DNA of 64,000 nucleotides from the human T2T-CHM13v2.0 reference genome, Homo sapiens, in assembly GCF_009914755.1 (NCBI RefSeq), contig NC_060925.1; one strand, given 5' to 3'. The notes under the pieces were generated by a model. It was given only the letters and a program-made list of their open reading frames with translations. It searched no databases and had not been told where the DNA came from. The position numbers were made by a program, and so were the translations under genes. Positions 27,020 to 40,129 of this stretch are shown piece by piece (within the stretch, counting starts at the first letter, position 1; every line of letters begins with the position of its first letter).

Positions 27020-27420
27020 AGAGGGCATTCCTCTAAAAGCTGATCTGGAGACAATGGTTTGAGTGAGGTCGTTTATTTAGGAGTTGATCCCAGGACACAC
27101 CATGAGGCATGAGAGAAAAGTCAACAAAGGGTTGTGGGAAAGTAGGGCTCAATTGCACGTGGACCTCCTGAGAGACTGTGTGGCGCAAACTTCAGAGCTC
27201 CCCTGAGGGCCGAGGAAGCTGGCATGGTTATCCACTGACTCCTGCCCCTCATTTGCTGGAATTCACTCTTGGGTGGCCCAGCCTACCCTGAGTCCAGACT
27301 GAGCTTGCTGCCGCAGCCTGAGAACACCCTCAGCTAGGAATGCAGGAAGCTGTAGGCCTGCATGGAGACTGTTTACAGGGGATCTCTGGGATGGGCTGAG
27401 GTCATCTGGGTGCCAACATC
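27020..27420 (-). mobile_element. LTR16-family (ERVL) LTR
   Basis: GAGACAATGGTTTGAGTG..GTTTATTTAGGAGTTGATCCCAGGA..GAGGAAGCTGG..TTATCCAC. Confidence 0.7.
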
Positions 27421-30052
27421 CTCTGTGAAACCAAGCTGGCACTCTTACACGCTCACTTGCCTTCTGCTTCTGCATGGATGTGAGGCAGGAGAGCTGTCAC
27501 TGCAGCTAACAGAGGCAGAATGCATCTCAGGGGCATGGCACATTGAATCTTGCCTTGGATCTCAGGATTTGCGGCAGGTGGGGTGACACCCTCAGGGGAT
27601 GCCAAAACCAAGGTGGTAAATGGAGGCAGTGATTTTTCTTTCAGCTCACAGCTACCATACTGCTCACGGGTCCAGCACAGGGCTGGTGGCCAGAGGCTGA
27701 CTGCCGGGCAATGGCATCCTGACCTCTCCCATACATCCCCCTCAGGTTGTGCTTTTGTGACATGGGTCTCTTTCCTTTTTCTGCGGATGTGTCCATGATG
27801 TTCCCTTTAACCAGATTCCCTGTGTTACCAGGGAGAGCGAGAACAAAGGATGGGTAGTAAGGATAGAGGCTGTTTTGTGATTTACCACTGGGCCTGTGTC
27901 TGCCCTGCTGGGCTTAGCCCTGCCTGTGCTGTGTTCTCTGAATTGGACTGAATTAAATTTTATTCAGGTAGTTCCAGACAAGAAAGCAGGCATATGATCA
28001 GCTGGATTCTGGCTTATCCATGCAGCAGGTCAGCTACCAGAGTTTACTCAAGCTCTTTAATAAATTTATACTAACTCTCTTGCCCCCTGAAATTTGGACT
28101 AGAAATCAAACTAAATTAAAGTGGGCATTGTCAGCAATTTTCATTTTATTGTTGTTTTGGGTTAAATGTGTAAGGCAAATCAAATCACTGGAACTGGTTT
28201 TGCTGGTTTCAGTTACAATGTTTCATCGTAACTAGCATTTATACTTTTTCCCTTTTCCCGCTCATTCTGTCTCTTCATTCGCTTTCCTTCATTCCGTTCT
28301 TAATTTAGTGATTATTTCAAATAACATACTAAGAAAAAGTGCTGACACATAAAGCTGGAATCCCATGTCTGCCTCTTTTCCCCCAACAAAAAATTACGCT
28401 GTTCAATTCTTTTTAAAAATGTAACTTCTAGCCATTCAGCCTTCAGACATAATAATATAAATCTATTTCTTCACCCAATTTTAATTCAGTTGCACAGTGC
28501 ATAGTGGAATGAGCTTGGAAACCAGACAAAAATTAGAGTAATAAAAGCAGACAATGCCTTTGCCTATGTATTATGCCTTATAAATTTCAGGTTCTCTGAC
28601 TGGCTTCATTTTAACTAGCTGAGAAAAATATAATCCGCCAAAGATGGTTACCAGTGTTCAAAGTCAACTGAAACCGAGGCAGTGTTCAGTAATTACAGCC
28701 TTACAGTTTCTAGGAGACTCCGTCCCCACCAGACCTGCCGTCTCATGTTCCCATTTGTAACATTGTTCATTATATTCAACCTGCTGCCATCACTCTGGAG
28801 CTTTCAAAGGCATTCTGGGGGCTATCTTGCTGTAGGACATGGATAATGAAATAGTTATATGTGACTTGTATTATAATCGTCTCACCTAACCCCCCATTTA
28901 GCTTGAAAAGTAGACTTAATAAAAGCAGGAGTGAAAGGCACTTTATGTTTTTAATAAGGAGTCTCATATGGTATTACCTGCTGTTTTTCATTGTGTGTCT
29001 CATCTCATGGTTTTCCTTTGAGATACATGACAGAAGAAAGCCAAGCACATCTCTTAATCTTAAAGCACTTTAAGAATCTATTGCAGTAATCTACCAAAAT
29101 TGATCAATAACTTCAATCTAACAGGGCTGATTTCCAAAGTACACATGTGTACTTATAGAGGCAGGCAGATCTGTTCACTGGCAAGTAAAGGCCGTCTTAT
29201 GTCCAAGAAACTAGAGGATTCTACTGTATAATAATTTAATGTTCTGTTTGCAAAAGGTAATTATAAAACTCTCATTCCATCTCCTGCTCTGATGGGCTCA
29301 GGATGAATATAAACTGGATTAAGAGGAAATGGATAAGATGTTCTGTATTGCTGAACTCTGCCTGGTGTCATGATATGCAAACAGTGAGCAGAGTGCTGAA
29401 ACTACTAAATACACACTGAAGAGATGACAGGACTCAAATGCGAGAATGCCTGGATCTGCCAGAGAAAAGGACTCCTAAAAATAGTGCTAACAATTTACAG
29501 AAGAGAAAATCTGACTGTGGTGTAAAAATCTTTGAAGGCAGAGCTGCTTGGAGCTGGATGCTATAAACGTATTCATGATGATATGTTTGGAGAGGCATCT
29601 ATTTTCTATGCGTTAATTCTCAAATGAGGAACGGAAAGAACATCTATGGACCTGTAATATGTGCTGAAAAAAGACTGGACTAGGAATCTGGTGGCCTTAT
29701 TTCTAGATGAGGATTTACCTCTAATTAGCTCTGTAACCTTTTTAGTAAGGCGCAATACCTCGTTAGGCTTTCTCTATAAAATAGGTCTGCTAAACTGAGT
29801 GTGGCCTCCAGGTGCTAAAAGATCAGGGCAGGTTGAATATTAATGATTTCCCCAAATTCTAGCCTGGTTATAATGCAAATTTTTTTAAACTTAAGGGACT
29901 ACATTAAAAAATGCACCTCCCTTTTTTTAAGGTTATTACATATTTTTAAATAAAAAAGTAACACATGTTCATTATAACAAGTCAAATAACACATAAATAT
30001 GGAAAGAAAAAGATTCAAAATTAAAAATCTCTCTTCAATCTTTCTCTAAAAC

Positions 30053-30727
30053 TGTGTCTGGAATTGGTTCCTTCTGATGGGTTCTTGGTCTAGCTGACTT
30101 CAAGAATGAAGCCGGGGACCCTCGTGGTGGGTGTTACAGCTCTTAAAGATGGTGTGTCCAGAGACTGTTCCTTCAGATGTTCAAATGTGTCCAGAGTTTC
30201 TTCCTTCCGGTTGGGTTCGTGGTCCCTCTGACTTCAGGAGTGAAGCTGCAGACCTTTGCAGTGAGTGTTACAGCTCATAAAGGTAGTGCAGACCCCAAAG
30301 AGTGAGCAGCAGCAAGATTTATCGTGAAGAACGAAACAACAAAGCTGCTGTGGAAGGGGACCCAAACCAGTTGCCGCTGCTGGCTTGGGCAGCCAGCTTT
30401 CATTCCCTTATTTGTCCCCGCCCACATCCTGCTGATTGGTCCATTTTACAGAGTGCTGATTGGTCTGTTTTTACAGAGTGCTGATTGGTGCGCTTACAAA
30501 CCTTTAGCTACACACAGAGTGCTGATTGGTGCATTTTTACAGAGTGCTGATTGGTGCATTTACAAACCTTTAGCTAGATACAGCGTGCTGATTGGTGCGT
30601 TTTTACAGAGTGTTTATTGGTGTCTTTTTACAGAGTGCTGATTGGTGCATTTACAATCCTTTAGCTAGACAGAAAAGTTCTTCAAGTCCCCACTTGACCC
30701 AGAAAGTCCAGCTGGCTTCACCTCTTA
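30053..30727 (-). mobile_element. LTR12 (ERV9) solo LTR
   Basis: TGTGTCTGGAATTGG...GCTGGCTTCACCTCTTA; tandem CAGAGTGCTGATTGG repeats (8 CCAAT boxes on the minus strand); 4-bp TSD AAAC. Confidence 0.95.
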
Positions 30728-30869
30728 AAACTACTCCACCTGAGGTAATCAGCAATGCTATATGTTATTACATTGTTTTCATTATACTTTTAATATATGT
30801 TTATATATAAATCGTTCTTTAAGCAAGTTCCTTCATAAAAATGGCATCATTTTTCATTTAATGATGTAC

Positions 30870-31042
30870 CATGGATAGGCAAACCATGGTTCATGAGCTG
30901 ACTCTGGCCATGCTGAATGTATTGTCTATGGCTGTTTTCATACTACAAAGGCAGAGTTAAGTAGTTGCAACAGAGACATTTTAGTTATAAAGCCAAAAAT
31001 ATTTAATATCTGGTCCTTTAGAGAAAAACTTTGCCATCCTTT
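30870..31042. mobile_element. MER58A hAT MITE
   Basis: GGCAAAC..TATTGTCTATGGCTG..GGCAGAGTTAAGTAGTTGCAACAGAGAC..AAAATATTTA.TATCTGG. Confidence 0.8.
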
Positions 31043-31124
31043 CAACATGTGTAGCTCTGTCTCATTGTTTTTAAAAAGTTACATAATATTCCATAGAATG
31101 TATATGCACCATTGATTCAACTCT

Positions 31125-31616
31125 ACTGGCTCAGGTAGTTGAAAAACCAAGAGGAATGTAAGCTTCAGATACTGTCAGATTCAGAAACAGAAATGATGTT
31201 CTCAGGAGCCTGTCTACATTTGAGTCTTGGTTCAGCATTTGTCTCTGTAAGCTTAATTCTCAAGCAGTCTTTCTTCTTTGACAAAACAGTCATCATCAGT
31301 TCCATTCTTAAATCTCATTTTACAGTGTTAAGAAAGCTGTTCTTTCCCAGTTGTTTTTTCTGAGATATGATTTCTGAGATATGATTTTCGCTGGCCTGGT
31401 TGCCCATCCCTGAGCCAGTCACTGTACCAGGGCATCAGTACTCTATCTGCCAAGTTTAGGCCACGTGCTCCCCTCTGGACTCTGGAGCATGAGGCCACCC
31501 TTACCAAAACATTTGGATTGAAGGTATGAAAGTGTGATTACCCAAGGATAATTGCTGAGCAGTTATTAAAAGGGGAGACAAACACTAAGAACTTGAGACA
31601 ACTAATGTCTACCGTA
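31125..31616 (-). mobile_element. MLT1K-like MaLR LTR
   Basis: TGCCCATCCCTGAGCCAGTCACTGT..GGCCACGTGCTCCCC..AATGTCTACC. Confidence 0.6.
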
Positions 31617-31844
31617 AACTCATATTTTCCTCAAGTAGTTTAATGCGATAGATATTTGTCTTCTTAGAACTTCTGTAAGCATGGTTGGTACACTTCTCAA
31701 AAAGTTTCTTGTAGTTGATCACAGTTTATCTCATCAGCAATTCTTAAGTACTAGTTATTAAAGCAAATTTTAAAAAATTGATTTGGTATTTGAAAAATAT
31801 CTTACTGTTTAAATTTGCATTCTAATGACCACTAGTGAGATTGA

Positions 31845-32180
<336 letters not shown>

Positions 32181-32679
32181 GTGCATTTATTCTTACATGA
32201 AATATCACAATATCACTTATACATTTTTCTATTGTGTTGCTTATCTTACATTTGTAGGAGCTCTGAGTACATTAAGCATACTAATCTTTTGTCTAGTTTA
32301 TATGTTGCAAATCTTTTTGCATCAGTTGCTTAGTTGGCCTTACTTATTATATCATGCTATATTTTTTAAAAGTATGTGTTAAGTAAGCTCTGTGAAGAAG
32401 TCCATTCCAAATGTAGAAATAAATCACAATGTCACTGATCTGAGAGCACTGAGTGAAAGCATTATTGAAAGTTATGTTCATCTCTATGTTTAAAATGCTC
32501 ATATTCAGAAATTACATGATTCAGGGTGTGTAAATAGAACACCTCCTGGCTTCTCTATTGCTATATGTTGTTCAAGGAGAGATGGGAGCTCGAACACACA
32601 CAAACCCAGTCCCCTTCAACCACAAGGCGTCATCTGTCACTGAAGCAGCTCAGCTCCACCACTTGGTCAAGCACAGAAA

Positions 32680-33387
32680 CCAATATCCAGCAATCCTACT
32701 CCTGGCTATAGATCCAAGCAAACTGAAACTAGGATCTTGCAGAGATATCAACACTCCCATGTTCATTGTAGCACTATTCATAATAGCCAAGATATGGACA
32801 CTACCCAAATACTCATTGACATATGAATACAGAAAATGCAGTGAATACATACAGTGGAATATTACCCAGTCTTAAAAAAGAAAGAAATCCATTTATGACA
32901 ATGTAGATGGGACTGGACGACATTGTGATAAGTGAAATAATCTTGTCACAAAAGGACAAATACTGCATGATCCCATTTATATGAGGTATCTAAAATAGTC
33001 AAGCTCACAAAAGCAGAAACTAGAGTAATTGTTGCCAGGGGCTCAATGGGTGTAAAGTTATATTTGTACAAGATGAGTAAGTTCTAGATATCTGGTGTAC
33101 AACACAGTGCCTATAGTTAATAATACAGTGCTACGTACTTAAAATCTTGTTGAGGTTAGAGCTTATGTTAAGTGTTCTTACAAACAAGCAAGCAAACAAA
33201 TATAAAACAAAACCATAAAATAGCCAAGGGACACAAGGAACCTTTTGGAAGTAATGAGTATATTTATTACCCTGATTATGATGATGATATCAAGAGGATA
33301 CATGTATGTCCAAGCTCATCAAACTTTATAAATTATGTACAGATTTTTTTGGGTGCATCAAATATGCCTCAATAAAGCTGAAAAAAA
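32680..33387 (+). mobile_element. L1MB1/L1MA10-type 3' end
   Basis: CCAGCAATCCTACTCCTGG..ATGTTCATTGTAGCACTATTC..GACAAATACTGCATGATC..; ends AATAAAGCTGAAAAAAA. Confidence 0.88.
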
Positions 33388-34214
33388 CATAAAGGGTTGT
33401 TTTGCCTAAAAATAAAAACTCTGGATACAACCGCTCTTATTCAGATAATCTGTCTACCGCAATTACTTCTAATTATGCAACATTTTCACTTTATCATAGT
33501 ATGACACTTTTATTAAACTTATTTTTTCATATAATTATAAAAAGAAAAATTGTAATAGAGAATCTTATATGTGTTCATGCATATGAGTGGAATGGCTTTA
33601 AATAATAATATGAAAGGGAAGAATAAAGCATTTCTATGTAGAGTAGTTCGTAGTAAAACATGATTTATTTAAGTCTGGATTGAACAACTGACATAATTGC
33701 ACAGCAAACTGACAGAAAAAAGAGATTTTTTTTTCTCTTTTTAAAGTTCTAAATATCAAGAATCTTAAAGACATTTTGATTACCCAATATAGTAATTTTG
33801 ATTATAATCTTTTATTTTAAATTATGATTGCTTAGAGGTGAGGCACCGAATTGTTTTTTTAAAGCAGTACCTATCTGTAGTTTTAAAAATATAATACATC
33901 AAAAATTAAGTTATGCAATGACCTGTCCCAAATCACAAGCCAGCAAAGGGGAACACGCAGGCTAGCTAGCCAAAGGTCTCTGGATCTGCAGTCAGTTTTT
34001 GATTAATTAATTAATTAGTGCCTTCATTGATTCAGTGATATGTATTATGTATTAAGTGGTTTCTGTTACGTAAGGTGATTATAAATTAATATGTTCTGGC
34101 TAATATAGTATTTTATAAAGAAAGAATTATTGTGTAAGGTAAACATAGGTCGCCTAGTCTTAAATAATTAGATAATGAAGTTTTAATTTTTTTTTTGACA
34201 TTCTTGTTTAGCAG

Positions 34215-34491
34215 TTTTGTTTTTTAAAAATTTCATATTTTATTTTAGATTCAGGGGGTACCTGTGCAGGTTTGTTTCATGGGTATATTGGCTCATGTTG
34301 GGGTTTGGGATACAAACGATCCCATCACCCAGGTAGTGAGCATAGTACCCAATAGTTTTTTTTAAATCGTTGTCCCCCTCCCACTCTCTCCTCACTAGTA
34401 GTCCCCAGGGTCTACTGGTGAGAACGTGCGGTATTTGGTTTTCTGTTCCTGCGTAATTCCCTTAGGGTAATGGCCTCCAGCTGCAGGCATG
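34215..34491 (-). mobile_element. Truncated old L1PA/L1PB 3' end
   Basis: CAGGGGGTAC.TGTGCAGGTTTGTT..CCCATCACCCAGGTAGTGAGCATAGTACCCAATAG..GTGAGAACGTGCGGTATTTGGTTTTCTG. Confidence 0.85.
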
Positions 34492-34714
34492 TAGTTGACT
34501 AAATTTTAAATTCTCAATATCGGATAAAGGTGAATCCATTTTGCGTGATTCATACCTCAGGGTCTCATGGTGTCTGCTGCCTCATGAGTGTCCACATTTA
34601 GTGTACTTGCTGCAAATGATGGTTCATAGAGAATTCTGGACATTAGAATGTTGAAACAAGTTTAATTAATCCTCTGCCAAAATACATTCCTCCAACTCAC
34701 AACTTTGTGATTGA

Positions 34715-34948
34715 GGAATAATAATAACAAATATATGAGAACACACACACACACGTAACTTAATTCATCAATCCTCTCAACTACTCCACTAGGTTAACAC
34801 TGATTTTCCCCTTTTATAGACAAGGAAATGGAAGAACTGATAGGTTAAGTGCCTTGTCTAAGGACAGCAAGCTAGCAAACGGAAGAGCAGGATTCAAACC
34901 CAGGCTGCCCAGCTCCAGGGCTATTCTAATTTACACGTCCGACTGCCA
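34715..34948 (-). mobile_element. MIR
   Basis: CCCCTTTTATAGACAAGGAAA..GGTTAAGTGCCTTG..GGATTCAAACCCAGG core. Confidence 0.8.
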
Positions 34949-36769
34949 TACAAGTTATTGACAGCTAGTCTGGAAGTGGGGTCTTGCACTTGGTGCTTTT
35001 AGAAATATTTCCTCCCTCCTTCAAGCACTCATTTGTTTTAGTCTCTTGTGGCAGTGACCACATTTACCTCTACCATTGCCCTACTTTACAGATCGTGTGG
35101 ATTGGAATATCACAACTGGTTGCTGTAGACACTGCTGCTCCTGACTTGCTAAACTGTTGGCAGCCTTCACCCTCATGTTTAGTTCCACCTGTTTTCTCTT
35201 ATTCTGTTCACAGTGGGAATGAAAAGCAGCTGAGATTCTATTTTTGTTTATTAATTGGTCCCATTACTCAGAAGCCTTTTTTAAATAGAGCTCCCTGCTT
35301 TTCCAAGTTTAGCAATCTGTTCATTTCTTTCTTAGTCCAACACTTAATCATCTTCAGCGTTCACCTCCCAACTCCTTCCAACATCTCTATATTCCTGTGG
35401 AGCTTAGGATGAATGAATATTCAAATAGGGGTCTGACCGTATAGAAAATGGAAAAGGACTTCTGGCCCTCATGTACTATGTGATTCTTTGCAGTATTCAG
35501 GTTTCCAGTTTATATTCTTTCCCCGCCTCAGTCCTCTGTATCTATGACATTTTATTCATCAGCAATCCTTTAATAATGAAATTATGTAAAATGTGCTGCA
35601 TGGGCAGAGAGGTTGCTCTGCTCCTCTATTCCCAGCACATACCAAACACAGTGCCCAGATTATACTTTCAATTCTGTTAAGGAGGTTTTCAACAGAATCC
35701 AATTCAGAACAATTATTGGAACCGTACCTATTCTAAAGTCACAACTGGGACGTTGGTGAATTCAGAGTCTCCGTTAGGATTTTTGACATTTAAAATTGTG
35801 AAATAGTCAATTTGAAAAAATGGCCAAATTCATGTGATTTTGCATAAATTATTTAGTTTGATAGCTAATAGCTGTTTAAAGGACTAAGGTTTAAACTCGT
35901 TTCATGATTATACGATTTTGCTGTTAAGTTACTCAGTTAAGTTTTTGCTTTTTTTTTTTTTAGTGGAGGATGGTCCATGGTTTTGTGAAGTTGATAAAAC
36001 ATAAGAATCTATTTTTGTGTATCTAGGACAAAATAATTAGTTTCAAATCCTGTCAGAAATATTCTCAGTCCAAATAAATCAATGCTTGTCTTAATGAAGG
36101 AGATTTTTAACATCAGAGAAAATTAAGAGTAGAAATGCTTAGAAATTTAGGAGAGGGTATGTAAAATTCTTATGCCACAGTTAGATCTGTATCTGTGGGT
36201 GGCAGAGTGTCTTATTAGAGAGCTAAGAGGCTGTACAAATTAAGGAGTAGGCATCCATCCACATAATTTAATATGATTTCCCATTTGTTGTCACTAATTT
36301 TTATCAATTATCCTATACTTCATTTAAGAAATGGGAATTATGTATTTTTCTTTTCCTTACAGCCACATCCTTCTTGGTTAAAAGATCTGGAATTTACATC
36401 AGGTGTTTTGAGATTAATGAACAGTGCAAGATATAGGAATCCTTTAAAAATATTAAAGATAATTTCTTAATAACTACATTGGTTTTTTGGCAGCTATTTT
36501 ATAGATGGCAGTAGACTGGATTTTTATAGAGGAAAATAATTTAGCATTAAGGACAACTATAATGTTTCACGTCGTTAGGACATTATTTGTTTTGAAAAAT
36601 TTGTCAGTGCAGTATGAAGATTTAATTAGTTAGATTAAAGCAATTAATCAATTATTTAAGTCTAATTTAAAAATAATACATTGAAATAAAATTAAAATAA
36701 TACAGATATAATTATTTTAAATATGAAATTCTCCCTCTTTACTCTTGTAGTCTTAATTGTCAAAAAGAA

Positions 36770-37150
36770 AAAAACTCACAAAAAGCAAATTGATAATATC
36801 TATTGTGGGAGAAAATGACTGTGCACTATTGGTGACAGTTTATATGGATGAAACTTTTTTGGAGAAGAATTTAGAAAAAAGTCATCAAAACCTTATTTGT
36901 GTTTACCATTTGACCTAGAAATTTCATTACTAAGACTATGTCCTCCAGAAAATTTCAAGGATGTTTATTTCAGCATCATTTGTAATAAAACAAAACTGGA
37001 AATGACGGAAATGCCTATCATTAGGAGACTCTTACATGAATTACAATGTGTTCTTATTAAGGAGCTATTATTTGGCTTTTAAAATATGGGAGATTTGTAT
37101 GTACAAATACGATATATTGCCAAGATACAAAATTCAGAACACTACATTAT
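36770..37150 (+). mobile_element. Old L1ME fragment
   Basis: TTACCATTTGACCTAGAAATTTCATTACT..GGATGTTTATTTCAGCATC. Confidence 0.65.
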
Positions 37151-38303
37151 TCATATAGTATTCTATGTTTTTTTTCCTTTTTTACACAACTTTTTGTTTT
37201 TCCTTTGAATTACTAATTGTCTTGCTTATTTGTTTTCTTAATTCTCTTTGTACTTATCGCTTATTCAACATTGATATTTCCCTCAGTTGTCTCAATCTGC
37301 TCTCATGCATTGAAACACATCAGATACTCTATACATTTCATGTTCTTGGGGACATCTTTCCTGGGGCTTACTGACCTCCTTAAATCTCACCTAGTTTTCT
37401 CCTTAAATTTAAGAGGAAGGCACTTAAAAGTTGATTGAAAACTTTGTGGGCATGAACAGAGCTGTCAGCTGTGTATTTTGCTGTAGAATCACATGGTGAT
37501 GATGCTATATAATCTTTGTGTTTACCACTTTAATCATTCATAGAGTAAACATAACATAGTTAATGGTATCTTTACTGATTGATGATAGAGTACACATTTA
37601 AAGTTCTGCTACTAGAAATAATTCTTGGATGAATATCTTTTTATATATACTGAATTATTTCTTTAGAAGATAGTTCATTTTCTGAGTTTGGTCAAGATGA
37701 TGCAGTGGGGCTGGAAATGGCCTATTTGGTTCTCTATGATGGTAATATCATGGGAACATTCTTTCTTCTTCACAGAATAAAACTCTCTGTGAGTCCAGGT
37801 CAGTGCAAGAGAGTCTAAGTCTCTATAGACTTTCTCAGATGCAAAGCCAAAATTCATCTTAATTTGTCACATTGCAGTATTCTTTTGTTCAGCTTTAGAG
37901 AAGAAGATATTTTGCTAGAGATAATACTTAGAATCCCTAAGAATGTCAGTGATAGATACATTTAAATGTAGAATTCTAGGGTTCCATGCTACTGGAATTT
38001 AAAAATTTGGTGAATGGTAATGGTCATAAATGATATAGGATGAATAGGCATGTAGACATTCACTAGTCAGTTTTACTGTGTCAATAATGGCAGGAGTCTG
38101 CAAGAAAATTACTCTTGATATATCTGTCTCTAATGAACTGGACAGGCATTACCAAACCAACCTCTCAGCAATGAAACTTTGTGACAATGTAGCTCTGATT
38201 TGTCTTTGTTTTATCTTGTTAGCCGAGACAGTTGATAGCAAACACGTAAATGGATGGAATTAAAGCAATTCATTTGCACTCCCAGAAGGATTATTTTAAC
38301 TGT

Positions 38304-38732
38304 TGGTATGGGTTGAATTGTTTCTCCCCAAAAAAGATACGTTGGAGTCCCAACCTCCAGTATCTAAGAATGTGACCTTGTTTGTAGATAAAGGTCTTTA
38401 CAGAAGTAATCAAGTTAAAATGACCCATTAGGGTGGGCCCTGATCTAACATGACTTGTGTCTTTATAAAGTCGTAAAGGGGAAATTTGACACAGAGCTAG
38501 ACACACATAGAGGGAAGATGATATGAAAAGACACAGAGAGAAGATGACCATCTACAAACAAAGAGCAGCGGTCTGGGATGGATTCTCCCCTCCCAGTCCT
38601 CAGAAAAAGTCAACTCTGATGACACCTTGATTTTGAGCTTCTAGCTTCCATAACTATAAGACAATACATTTCTTTTCTTTAAGCTATCAAGTTAGTGGGT
38701 TTTCGTTACGGCAGCCCTAGCAAAGTAATGCA
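38304..38732 (+). mobile_element. MLT1B solo LTR
   Basis: TATGGGTTGAATTG..AGAATGTGACCTTG..AAGTTAAAATGA..GGGTGGGCCC..GGCAGCCCTAGCAAA. Confidence 0.88.
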
Positions 38733-40129
38733 AACATTTCCTCTATTCCATTTTGTTAATCCAGCTGTTCATGCCAGGGCCTCCAAGTGCTTTTTAACCG
38801 GAGCGAAATCTTAGTTTCAGCAGAATGTCAAGTTGACTTATGCTAAATAGATAATAGCTTTCTAAATTCCCAATACCAAGTATTAAGATATTTTAAAATA
38901 TAACTGTTGCTTTTTTCTCTCATTATTTCTGAATGTGGAAAAAAATAATCTCATTAGAAATGTTGTTTTCAAATATGTTAGCAAGCCAATTAAAATATAG
39001 GCTTCTGGGTTTTGCCCGGATGGTAGTGATGAAATTAATTATGAGCCCCATGCTCTGCTTTCTGTGAGTTTCCTCTTCTCTTAGACCAAGCTGGCAGGTC
39101 TGTTATTGTAAAAGAAACCACTGAAGGGTCATCACCAGTATGAGATGAAATCATCGATGAACGTTTGACAGTTTGTAAGGCATAGTGATGTTACTTAGAT
39201 GTTTTGTTTTCTCCTTGGGTGACATGGGCAGCATAGCAATTATAGCACATTTCAAATCATTGCTTACAGGGATATGACTCATTTCACAATGCAGTACTTA
39301 GTTGGGGCCCTGGCTATGGATAGAGACAAGTATCTTTCTGTTTATGACTTTTCCTGAATTATGAACAAACCAGACAGAGGCTTAGGTTCATTTGAAATTT
39401 TACACTGTGTTTTTCATTTTAATGAGATGCCTGGGTAAATTCAAAACCAATACTTTACACTGACACTTGATACGCACTGACATGTCATTATGTCCTACAC
39501 ATGCTGGTCAGGACTTGTAAAACAGAAACACCAGAGCCATCTCAAGAGTCTCCAAATAGATATGGACGGAGTATTATGCCTGAATAGGTGGCACCTCTTT
39601 GCTTGTGCACTTGCCGTTTTTTACTGACCTTGTTTGGAGCTGAACACTGCTGCAGGCACCCTTAAATTGATGCCTTATGACAGGTTCTCAGTTGAGTACT
39701 CAAACAGCCAAATTACTATTAGTTATTTTTCCATTCTTTCTGGCCCATTCACCCAACTAATAATAGTTACTGTTAGTTCTTGACTCCACTAGTGACTGAA
39801 CAGTCACTTTTTAATCTAGCGGGTTTTTTTCAATCAAAATTGTCAGATTTATGGGAAAAAAGATTATGTGAAGAATTAATTTGACATGTTTTTTTTTTGT
39901 TATTCATTATAGTCAAAGGCTTATCCTCATTCATATCTTTATAAGTGTTAAAAGTGTTGCCAGATTCTCTCTTCTCCTCATTTATACCCTATACCCTACA
40001 ACCCTACATGTAAATGAAATCCTTTGTGGCTTTGCGTTTCTGGTAGCACAAATGTCTGGCATGAAATACTACAATATACTGGGGCTGAAATCTACCATTT
40101 TGGGGGGCCTGGTCTGCTGCTATAATTTT

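Noticed and set aside
30425-30670. Regularly spaced repeats superficially like a CRISPR array
   Set aside because: Standard LTR12 CCAAT tandem repeats; spacers are not unique, the DNA is eukaryotic, and there are no cas genes
34984-35412. Longest ORF (142 aa); also 40206-40628 (140 aa)
   Set aside because: Non-ATG starts, no recognisable homology; the second lies in L2 sequence; lengths plausible by chance
39085-39174. Possible 90-nt plus-strand exon
   Set aside because: Weak donor (TTT|GTAAGG) and stops in all frames
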